Origin: an archaeon
Lineage (GTDB): Archaea > SpSt-1190 > DYHY01
Direction: 5' to 3'
NCBI GenBank assembly: GCA_037442745.1
Contig: JBBIPP010000002.1
Span: 110,463 to 172,798 of the forward strand
Length of the DNA: 62,336 bases
Notes under the pieces: model-generated
The model's input: only the letters and a program-made list of their open reading frames with translations
Database searches by the model: none
What the model was told of the DNA's origin: nothing
Program-made: the position numbers and the translations under genes
Shown: positions 20,386-27,854 of the stretch, piece after piece
How the letters are laid out: every line of letters begins with the position of its first letter
Position numbering within the stretch: the first letter of the stretch is position 1

Positions 20386-21090
20386 GGAAAAACCAGCCTC
20401 CAGAAACTTTTCCATTGTCCTGAATCCCAAAGGAACCACTTTTCCCCGTTTACGGGTGTCTCCCATCATTACTGCGCAGAACTTGCTTTGTTTGAGGACA
20501 GAGTAAAATTCTTTTGCAATCATCCCTATTTCTTTTATGAATTCTTCGACTGAAAGAGAGGACAAATCACTTTCATCCTCATCACTATACGAGATGATGT
20601 TCGCATAATGAGGATGGGCACAGACAAAGTCAACGCTTTCCTTTCCGAAATAAGCTACGACTTTCTTGGCGTCCCCGATCTTTAGTACCGGATCGAACGA
20701 ATCCGGAAACTCAAAAGAGCTTCTTGCTTTCGAGAGTTTTATTGCATCTGAGCTTAGGTCAATTCCTATTCCTCTCCTGCCGAGAAGTTTCGCCTCTATT
20801 GCAGTTGTCCCGCTTCCAATGAACGGATCAAGAACAACATCTCCTTTTTTCGAATAGCGGAGTATGAGGTTTCTCGGAATTTCGGGCGCCCAATTCCCGC
20901 GATAATCTCCCTTGTGGGTTGCCCAACTGCCCCTCCTAGGAAAACTCCAATTGGTGGTTGCCTGCATCTTGAATTCATTCGGCTCAGTAGCTAAAGCACT
21001 TTTTTTCTTTTCAAAAGGGCTAGAAACCAATTTATTAGTTTTCAACAAAGGTTTCTCTTTAGATTGTACCAATTTTGTTCCTTCTGCCAT
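20260..21090 (-). CDS. Orphan SAM-dependent N6-adenine/N4-cytosine-type DNA methyltransferase with atypical motif order and an HPHY motif
   Basis: EIPRNLILRYSKKGDVVLDPFIGSGTTAIEAKLLGRRGIGIDL is the motif I / SAM-binding block of N6/N4 methyltransferases. Downstream, VDFVCAHPHY occupies the place of the (D/N/S)PPY catalytic motif. The ORF is intact. Confidence 0.65.
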   Translation of the reverse strand: MAEGTKLVQSKEKPLLKTNKLVSSPFEKKKSALATEPNEFKMQATTNWSFPRRGSWATHKGDYRGNWAPEIPRNLILRYSKKGDVVLDPFIGSGTTAIEAKLLGRRGIGIDLSSDAIKLSKARSSFEFPDSFDPVLKIGDAKKVVAYFGKESVDFVCAHPHYANIISYSDEDESDLSSLSVEEFIKEIGMIAKEFYSVLKQSKFCAVMMGDTRKRGKVVPLGFRTMEKFLEAGFSLKEIIIKEQHNCRATGFWYPQSIKYNFLLLAHEYVFVFEKS

Positions 21091-21186
21091 TTTAGAAGAT
21101 TTCTTTTTTTCTCATTTATACTTGGACACAGTCTTTCCGTTATTAATTTTAGAGAAATTTAAAAGGGGCCTTTTCACTCCGGAAAT

Positions 21187-22017
21187 GTGCCGACTGAGAA
21201 GTTCCAATTGCCAGTTTTCCTCAAATGGGCGGGAGGAAAGCGCCAGCTTCTGCCGGAACTAACGAAGAGGTTTCCCAAAAGTTTTTCAGGTTATGTAGAG
21301 CCTTTCTTGGGCGGGGGAACCGTTTTCTTTCAGGTGAAAAAAGACAGATCACCGAAAAAGGTGTTTCTTTCAGACATAAACGAGTATCTTGTAAATTGTT
21401 TCATCTAAGTAAGGGATTCTCCTGAAAAACTCTCAGATCTTTTGGAAGAACACCGGAAAAACCACTCGAAAGAGCATTATTACAAAGTAAGAGCACTTAA
21501 CGGTGGCCTAGACAAGGCAGAAAGCGCAGCAAGGTTGATTTACCTTAACAAAACCTGTTTCAACGGCCTTTATAGGGTTAATTCCCAAAACGAGTTCAAT
21601 GTCCCGTACGGAAAACACAAGCACCCGGCAATTCCATCTAGAGATTTGATTCTTTCCGCCAGTTATTTCCTCAAAGACGCGAAAATAAAGAAAATGTCTT
21701 TCGATAAGCTCGATTGGATTGCCAAGAATGGCGATTTTGTTTATTTTGACCCTCCTTATTATCCGATGTCAAAAACAGCCAATTTCACGGCATATTCGAC
21801 CGGAGGATTCGCGGAGGAGGATCAAATTAAACTATCTGAGATTTTCAAGAAACTTTCAGAAAGGGGCTGTTTTGTTATGCTCTCAAACAGCGACCATCCC
21901 AAAATAAAGGAAATTTATTCAGAATTCAAAATAGCTTCGGTTCTCGCTAGAAGGTCGATAAATTCCGTTTCCTCTGGTAGGGGCCCAGTAAAAGAACTGA
22001 TAATAACGAACTATTGA
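21187..22017 (+). pseudogene. Dam-like (D12-class) N6-adenine DNA methyltransferase interrupted by an in-frame TAA at 21406-21408
   Basis: The N-terminal part has LKWAGGKRQLLPELTKRFPKSFSGYVEPFLGGGTVFF (motif I). The C-terminal part has VYFDPPY (motif IV). Both parts are in frame 1 and are separated only by the TAA. Confidence 0.7.
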
Positions 22018-22538
22018 CTTTCTTCGGGAAGACCGAAATACTCAAGAGGTATTTCGTTGAAGAAATAACCACACCCAACAGATTTTACATATTCCAAAGT
22101 GTCCTTATATTCCGGCTTTTGGAACCAGTTATTCAGAACATATACATATTTTACCTGCGTTTTCAAGGAAGAGAATAGTTTTTTGTATTGTTTCAGCTTA
22201 AAGTCGCATGTTTGGAGTTTTTCATCAACTGATCTAGGGCTGTGCTGGAACTTCATCTCAACAATATGCACGACATTTCTCCTTAATATGAAAACTGCCT
22301 CGTCCGGAACAAGTTTTTTCGAGAGTATTTTTTTGTAGTCAATTCCTTTAGGAGCAAGGAATCCTTTGTAAAGGACGTGCTTTCAATAAAGTTCCGCAAC
22401 AACTTCTTTGTTGAAAAATATCTTGTTTCCAGAAACAGAATAACCTTTCAGTTTCCTGAATAAATCAGCTATTTTTACCCTATCCTCGAAAAGCAAGCCA
22501 ACCACTGTATTTGCGCCACCAAAACCACCCTTTTTCAT
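22011..22538 (-). pseudogene. PD-(D/E)XK restriction-endonuclease-like gene interrupted by an in-frame TGA at 22383-22385
   Basis: The minus-strand reading gives MKKGGFGGANTVVG...VAELY*KHVLYKGFLAPKGIDYKKILSKKLVPDEAVFILRRNVVHIVEMKFQH.... The PD...(19)...E-M-K arrangement fits a PD-(D/E)XK core. It is convergent with the Dam pseudogene. Confidence 0.5.
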
Positions 22539-22679
22539 AATCCCAAAAATATGATACGCAAATAAAATACCTTGCCTTGATTTTCCTCCAATCTAGCCAA
22601 AATCCCTTGCTTCAATTAGAAAACCCCTAAAATTACCTCCAAATACTTTAAATTCCGGCAACTCTTTCCCTTCCAAGAA

Positions 22680-23849
22680 ATGTTCCAAAAGCCCAAAAAT
22701 TCCCCCCCTTGCCCTAGGAAGAAAATCGAGTCACTGAACCTGTCAGCGAAAAGGGCGTCTGAGGGCTTCTCGCTTCTTTTCCTCGGAAAAACAATCCTTC
22801 TCTCAATATTCTTCGGATATTTCCTCCTCTACCACTCGCTCGGCTTTCCGGCAGGCCTCTCAATTCTCCTGATTTCATTCCCTCTGTTCTCGACAATTCT
22901 TTCCAAATACAGGGAATACCTGAAAATTAGGGAGATTTCCGGATTTTCCCGCCCGGACGAATTCCACACACTTTTCGTTGAAATCGAGCGCCAGAGACTT
23001 TTTTCAAAAATATCGCTTTTCCTTTCGGGCGGGCTCTCCCTAGCGTTCGGGCACATACTTTTTCCGCAATTCATCTCTGGATATCTCGACCTCTTCTCAG
23101 TCGAGGCTTCCGCATCCGCCTTCCTCGTTTTCTCCCTAGTTTTCCTCGGAACATTCATTGTCCCGGCATTCGCAAGATATTCCCTAGCAACGAAGACCAA
23201 AGGGACTGGCAGGCACGAGGAACTAGAAGAGACCCTCGGCCTTGTCGAACTGAAAACGCGGGCGCTCTCCCTTTTCCCGGCAATTTATTTCCTGATTTTC
23301 CTCCTCTTCCTCCTTGGAGGGGACAAAAAAATTCTTGTCTGGTTAATTGCAGTCTCATCACTCTTAATGGCAGGGGCAATAATTTCATTTTACCTGGAGT
23401 CAGAGCTTCTAATAAGAAAAAGACTGGCAAAGGAAGGGGTTCTTCCGGCAAAAGACGAAAGAATTGTGGCTACCTTCTTCGGAATAACCAGTTTGGGAAC
23501 TTATCCGAATTTCCACCTGCCGTTCTCAACTGAGCGGGAGAATTCCCTTCTCCTTACAAACAGGAGGATAGTTTTCCTCAAAATCCCCGGGAACAAAAAG
23601 ACTGCTCCTGAGATTGCGCGGGTTGGGAAGGAAATTGAGAGAAAGGGATTATCCGAACTCTTGAAACTGGGGAAAAATTCCCTTGAATATTTCGAGATTT
23701 CCCGGGCAGAACTCAAGGGAAAAGGGCTTGAGCTAGACATTGAGGCAAAGGACGGGCGGAAATACCGCCACCTTCTCCTAGATAGGGAGGATTCCGGGCG
23801 CCTCAGCGCCCACCTGAAAACGCAGATTTCCCACAAATTCACTGCCTGA
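22680..23849 (+). CDS. Polytopic membrane protein with a C-terminal bacterial-PH-like (YdbS/YdbT-type) domain
   Basis: Six or more TM helices are followed by LLLTNRRIVFLKIPGNKKT...LEYFEISRAELKGKGLELDIEAKDGRKYRHLLLD, a bPH-like pattern. GC content matches the host. Confidence 0.45.
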   Translation: MFQKPKNSPPCPRKKIESLNLSAKRASEGFSLLFLGKTILLSIFFGYFLLYHSLGFPAGLSILLISFPLFSTILSKYREYLKIREISGFSRPDEFHTLFVEIERQRLFSKISLFLSGGLSLAFGHILFPQFISGYLDLFSVEASASAFLVFSLVFLGTFIVPAFARYSLATKTKGTGRHEELEETLGLVELKTRALSLFPAIYFLIFLLFLLGGDKKILVWLIAVSSLLMAGAIISFYLESELLIRKRLAKEGVLPAKDERIVATFFGITSLGTYPNFHLPFSTERENSLLLTNRRIVFLKIPGNKKTAPEIARVGKEIERKGLSELLKLGKNSLEYFEISRAELKGKGLELDIEAKDGRKYRHLLLDREDSGRLSAHLKTQISHKFTA

Positions 23850-23913
23850 ACTTGCTGATTTTCCCTAGTTGAAAACTCTTAAAAAGGCTGGAACCCGCGG
23901 ATATTTCCGAAAA

Positions 23914-24351
23914 ATGGCAAAAAAACCGAAAGGCCTATTCGCAGCAGCAAAGCTCACAAAGAGAAGGAAGAAATTCCGGCTCTCCCAGAAGGGTTTCAGG
24001 CAGGTATTCTACGGAACGCGCCTCAAAGCAGACCCCCTGAAAAAGGCGCCACAGGCAAAGGGAATTGTCCTAGAAAAAGTCGGAGTTGAAGCGAAACAGC
24101 CCCACTCCGGAATCAGGAAGTGCGTCCGGGTACAGCTTTTGAAGAACGGAAAGCAGATTACAGCAATGACCCCGGGCGACAAGGCAATAACTTTCATTGA
24201 CGAGCACGACGAAGTCGAAGTCGAGGGAATCGGAGGGGCAATGGGCCGCGCAATGGGAGATATTCCGGGAGTGCGCTGGATTGTCACAAAGGTCAACGGA
24301 ATCGCGGTCCTCGAGCTCAGACGCGGAAAGAAGGAGAAGAAGAGGCGCTAG
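23914..24351 (+). CDS. rps12: 30S ribosomal protein S12
   Basis: [22 protein letters not shown]...[13 protein letters not shown]...VTKVNG. The start is set at ATG 23914 to give the usual 145-aa archaeal length. Confidence 0.85.
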   Translation: MAKKPKGLFAAAKLTKRRKKFRLSQKGFRQVFYGTRLKADPLKKAPQAKGIVLEKVGVEAKQPHSGIRKCVRVQLLKNGKQITAMTPGDKAITFIDEHDEVEVEGIGGAMGRAMGDIPGVRWIVTKVNGIAVLELRRGKKEKKRR

Positions 24352-24355
24352 GAAA

Positions 24356-24958
24356 ATGGAAGCACCAAAACTTTTCGGGAAATACGATTACTCTGTCGAA
24401 GTCAGGGAGCCGGGTCTCTCTGAATACATTAACCTTAGGCCGGTGATTGTCCCGCACTCGGGCGGAAAGCATGTCAAGAAGCGGTTCTGGAAGAACAAAA
24501 TTAACATTGTCGAGAGGCTTGTGAACAAGATTTCAGTCACAGGCCACTCGTCGCTCTCAAGAAAGCACATATTCACTTCAGCTCGGAACACCGGGAAGAA
24601 GCAAAAGGCAATTGCGACAGTCGAAGCAGCATTCGCCCAGATTTACGCGAAATCAGGGAAAAACCCGGTCGAAGTTCTTGTCAGGGCAATCGAGAACGCT
24701 GCTCCGAAAGGGGAGACAACTGCGGTAATGATGGGCGGAACAAGAAGGCCCGTTGCAGTCGATGTCAGCCCGCAGAGAAGGGTTGATTTGGCTCTTGCAA
24801 TAATAACAAAAGGGTGCTTCAACAAATCTAGGGGATCTTCAAAGGACCTCACAGCAGTATTGGTAGATGAACTGATATCTGCGGCTGAGAACGACCCAAA
24901 GAGCTTTGCAGTTGAAAAGAAAGTCAACACCGAAAGGCAAGCCGAGTCGGCCAAATAG
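24356..24958 (+). CDS. rps7: 30S ribosomal protein S7
   Basis: MEAPKLFGKYDYSVEVREPGLSEYINL... gives a 200-aa product. The start lies 5 bp after the rps12 stop. The track's upstream ATG at 24197 overlaps rps12 and was rejected. Confidence 0.85.
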   Translation: MEAPKLFGKYDYSVEVREPGLSEYINLRPVIVPHSGGKHVKKRFWKNKINIVERLVNKISVTGHSSLSRKHIFTSARNTGKKQKAIATVEAAFAQIYAKSGKNPVEVLVRAIENAAPKGETTAVMMGGTRRPVAVDVSPQRRVDLALAIITKGCFNKSRGSSKDLTAVLVDELISAAENDPKSFAVEKKVNTERQAESAK

Positions 24959-24971
24959 GCAGACGAAGTCT

Positions 24972-25036
24972 CCGGCTCCTGCCGGAGGCCGAATCAGTCA
25001 AATAAACCTCCTTTCCCTCCTGATAATCTTTTTTAT
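24972..25036 (+). terminator. Hairpin (CTCCGGC-TCCT-GCCGGAG) followed by a T-run (cttttttat) downstream of rps7
   Basis: Read directly from the sequence. Archaeal termination is usually oligo-T driven. Confidence 0.3.
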
Positions 25037-25402
25037 CCTAGCCCCTGCCATGTTCCGAATGGCATTCGGGAAGCTTCTTACAACAATTGCATCCAAAATA
25101 AGCTCTCAATCCGGGAAATACTGAAACCGGCGAAAGCGCTTGAGAAAACCGGGATGAGAATGCGCTATTTCAACATCTGAGATCCTAACAAGTTCGATTT
25201 CAACACGCCAATTCACCGGAGAACCTCCCAGAAAAAGGAGATTTAGGACGCTTTCAATTCCCTGAAGAAATACATTGAAAAGTTCAGATAATTCCCCTAC
25301 TCAAAAAAGGACTGCCGGAAAAAAGTTGACTGGACAATTATGTGCATTTTTCTCCAAAGAGCATATAACCAAAAATGTTTTACTATTGCAGAGAGGGGAA
25401 GA

Positions 25403-26671
25403 ATGCGAATGTCTTCTAGCAGAAAAGGGGAAATAAGGATATTTTACTCGTTTTCCGGGGAGAAAAACGAGGGGTTCCTTCCAAAGGAGCTTCTTCATCC
25501 AGACAAGGACGCGTGCTTCCAAGGCAATTACACTGGAAAGGGGATAGGGAAGCTTGAAGATGTTTTCCTCCCAATTGAGCTCCAAATATACAGGGAGGAT
25601 TCCGAAGAGACTGATTTTTCCGGGGAAGTTTCCTTAGACTTCCTAAATCCATTGGGCTCGGAAGAGCTCTTCCTCCGGCTCTCCGAAGGACGGACAATCC
25701 CTGAGAAAAACCTCAGGGAATATTTCGAGACAAGGCTCAGGAGGGCAGTCAAGAGGAATGTGTCGAAGACTACCAACTTTTTCTTGGACATTCGATATGG
25801 GAACTTGGAAACGGTTTCAATTACGACAAATTTCTCAGGAGTCTCTCAAGGACAAATCCCAAATCTTGTGACAAGCCTTCTTGACGAATATACTTTAATT
25901 GTCGGGGACGTTTCAGCTTCCCTCGGAGTTGCCCCGAAAAGCAGGACAATTCACATTGTCTTCAAGAAGACCGACTATTTCGGCAAGACTTCAGTTGAGC
26001 CGGCCGACCTTGAGACCGAGAGCGCGATCGGGGAGACGAGGAAACTGCCTCCGGGGAATTCAGGAGACAAAAAATGGAAAGGGTCGAACCAGATATTCCC
26101 CCACCTTCCATTCGAGGCAATTGCGCTCTCTGGCCTTTCGGAAGAAATTGACGAGACATATCCGAGGGATGAGACTTTCTATATAGGACCTGTCCTTGAG
26201 GCGGAATATTCCCTTTCGGGGACGAATTCCCCGAGAGTTTCTGTTTCAGACACGTCCGGCTGGATGGACGTTCCAGTGAAGAAAATATCACTGGTCGGAC
26301 GGCCTTCCGCCGGAGGCTATTCAATTGACGCCAGTTTCGAGCTTTCCGCGAATCTTGACAAACATTGTGTCCAAAGACTCCGGAACAGGATGGACGATTG
26401 CGGAATAAAGTATTCCCAAGCCGGGCGGGAATTCTCCATTGTCGGATATTCCGCAAATTCAAAGGAATCTGCAAAGGAAGAGCTTTTCAGGGCAGCGGTT
26501 GACATGAAGACCGCGCTATCAGAGCTTTTCCCCCGAGAAGAGGGGCGTTTCTGGTTCGTTCCTGTCGGAATCCCCCTCGACAGGGGAAATCTCGGAAAGG
26601 AGATTGAAAGTGTCCTCTCCGGAAGGGCGGACTATGCCTGGAATATGAAAAGGAGCGCGAGAGGTAAATGA
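25403..26671 (+). CDS. Protein with no family recognisable from sequence (423 aa), first gene of a coupled pair inserted in the str operon
   Basis: The start is chosen at MRMSSS (25403), which has GAGGGG 7 nt upstream and a TATA-like CATATAAC about 35 bp upstream. No known motifs were recognised. Confidence 0.5.
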   Translation: MRMSSSRKGEIRIFYSFSGEKNEGFLPKELLHPDKDACFQGNYTGKGIGKLEDVFLPIELQIYREDSEETDFSGEVSLDFLNPLGSEELFLRLSEGRTIPEKNLREYFETRLRRAVKRNVSKTTNFFLDIRYGNLETVSITTNFSGVSQGQIPNLVTSLLDEYTLIVGDVSASLGVAPKSRTIHIVFKKTDYFGKTSVEPADLETESAIGETRKLPPGNSGDKKWKGSNQIFPHLPFEAIALSGLSEEIDETYPRDETFYIGPVLEAEYSLSGTNSPRVSVSDTSGWMDVPVKKISLVGRPSAGGYSIDASFELSANLDKHCVQRLRNRMDDCGIKYSQAGREFSIVGYSANSKESAKEELFRAAVDMKTALSELFPREEGRFWFVPVGIPLDRGNLGKEIESVLSGRADYAWNMKRSARGK

Positions 26672-27768
26672 CCGCAAGAGTGAATGTATTTTTCCCGGAG
26701 AGATTGGAGGAAATCGCGAGAACTGCGCTGGAGACCGGAAAAAAGCAGGAATATCTCGCGCCCGAAGGGCGGGTTCTAGAGAGCTTCAAATTGGACGTCT
26801 CCTGCAAAGTCCCGGATGGAAAAGGAAAAGACGCTGTATATACGGGAAAAGTCGGGATCGCCTTCCCAGACACATTCGACCCCGACAAGGTTTCGGGATA
26901 TTATCTTCAGATGGCAATGGAAGCAGTCCCCCAGATTCTCGGGAGAGATCTGAATAAATCGAAGGAGGGTTTCGAATCCTGCGAGGACGGCTCTTTCCTT
27001 TATTCCAAATACTGCTTCGCTTCAGACAATGAAGCCGAGTTTGCGGAATTCGCAAGGAAGCTTGTCAGGACATATTCCATCATTTGCGAGGAAATTCTCA
27101 AGGACGCCGGGTTTGACGGAAAAATTAACCTGAATTTTTCAAAGAAAAAGGATGCTTCTTCCGGAACCACCTCTCTTCCTGCGCCCAAATCCGAAAGAAA
27201 GAATTCAAAAGTCCTCCACCCTCCCCGCATTGTCCCCTTTGCAATCTACAGCTCGTCTGAAATTGAGAGGAGCCTTTCTTCAGGGGAACCGATGCACTTT
27301 TTCCTCGGAACTCCCACCCTCTACGAGATTGACCCTGTCAGGAACTGCGCGAAAGAGGTTTCCTTCGGCTGGAAGCTCCTCGATTCGAAAGTCAACGCAA
27401 GCCTCTCAATTTTCCCCGGAAAATGCGGAATGTATTCGGAGGAAATTTCTCTCTCGTTTCCTGACGGAGATTGCCCGGAAATTTTCAGGAACGAATACGA
27501 GGAGCTCGGCTATTCGGCCGTTGCAAATGGTAACCGGTTAATTCTGAAAAGAGATTCCCTCTTTCCGGTTGATGCGAAAGGGGTTGCCAAAGGAATTGCC
27601 GACTCTGCACTCAAAATAGCCTCAACAGTTTCCAATTTCTCAGTTCCCCAGGAAAGGGAAGGGCTTTATCTCGCCCTCCCGATTGCCGACTATCAGCCGG
27701 AGAAGCACATTCTCAGGGGGGCTGTTGCAGATTTCGTGCAAAAAGGAAAGGCATACGGTCTTGAATAG
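26668..27768 (+). CDS. Protein with no family recognisable from sequence (366 aa), second gene of the coupled pair
   Basis: ATGA overlap with the upstream gene. No recognisable motifs, TM segments or signal peptide. Confidence 0.5.
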   Translation: MTARVNVFFPERLEEIARTALETGKKQEYLAPEGRVLESFKLDVSCKVPDGKGKDAVYTGKVGIAFPDTFDPDKVSGYYLQMAMEAVPQILGRDLNKSKEGFESCEDGSFLYSKYCFASDNEAEFAEFARKLVRTYSIICEEILKDAGFDGKINLNFSKKKDASSGTTSLPAPKSERKNSKVLHPPRIVPFAIYSSSEIERSLSSGEPMHFFLGTPTLYEIDPVRNCAKEVSFGWKLLDSKVNASLSIFPGKCGMYSEEISLSFPDGDCPEIFRNEYEELGYSAVANGNRLILKRDSLFPVDAKGVAKGIADSALKIASTVSNFSVPQEREGLYLALPIADYQPEKHILRGAVADFVQKGKAYGLE

Positions 27769-27854
27769 GCTGGGCCGAAAGCCCCTTGCTCGGAGAAAAA
27801 ATTAGTGCCGAAAAACCTTAAAAAGACCAATTCTGGGCGATTTCCTGAAAAATC

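Larger units (their letters stand above)
19259..22670. mobile_element. Low-GC (~30-38%) horizontally acquired island carrying a decayed restriction-modification cassette. It is inserted between nusA and rps12.
   Basis: Composition drops sharply relative to the ~50% GC flanks. All R-M-like genes in the window fall within it, and three of four carry in-frame stops. Confidence 0.55.

Noticed and set aside
19330-22538. Alternative genetic code (UGA as sense) to explain in-frame TGA codons in the island genes
   Set aside because: The Dam-like gene is interrupted by TAA, not TGA, and the HARE-HTH gene also contains TAA stops. All host genes terminate normally with a mix of TAA, TGA and TAG.
24197-24355. 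Upstream ATG (24197) as the rps7 start
   Set aside because: It would overlap rps12 by 155 nt and add a non-conserved 53-aa extension. The ATG at 24356, just after the rps12 stop, gives the canonical S7 N-terminus.
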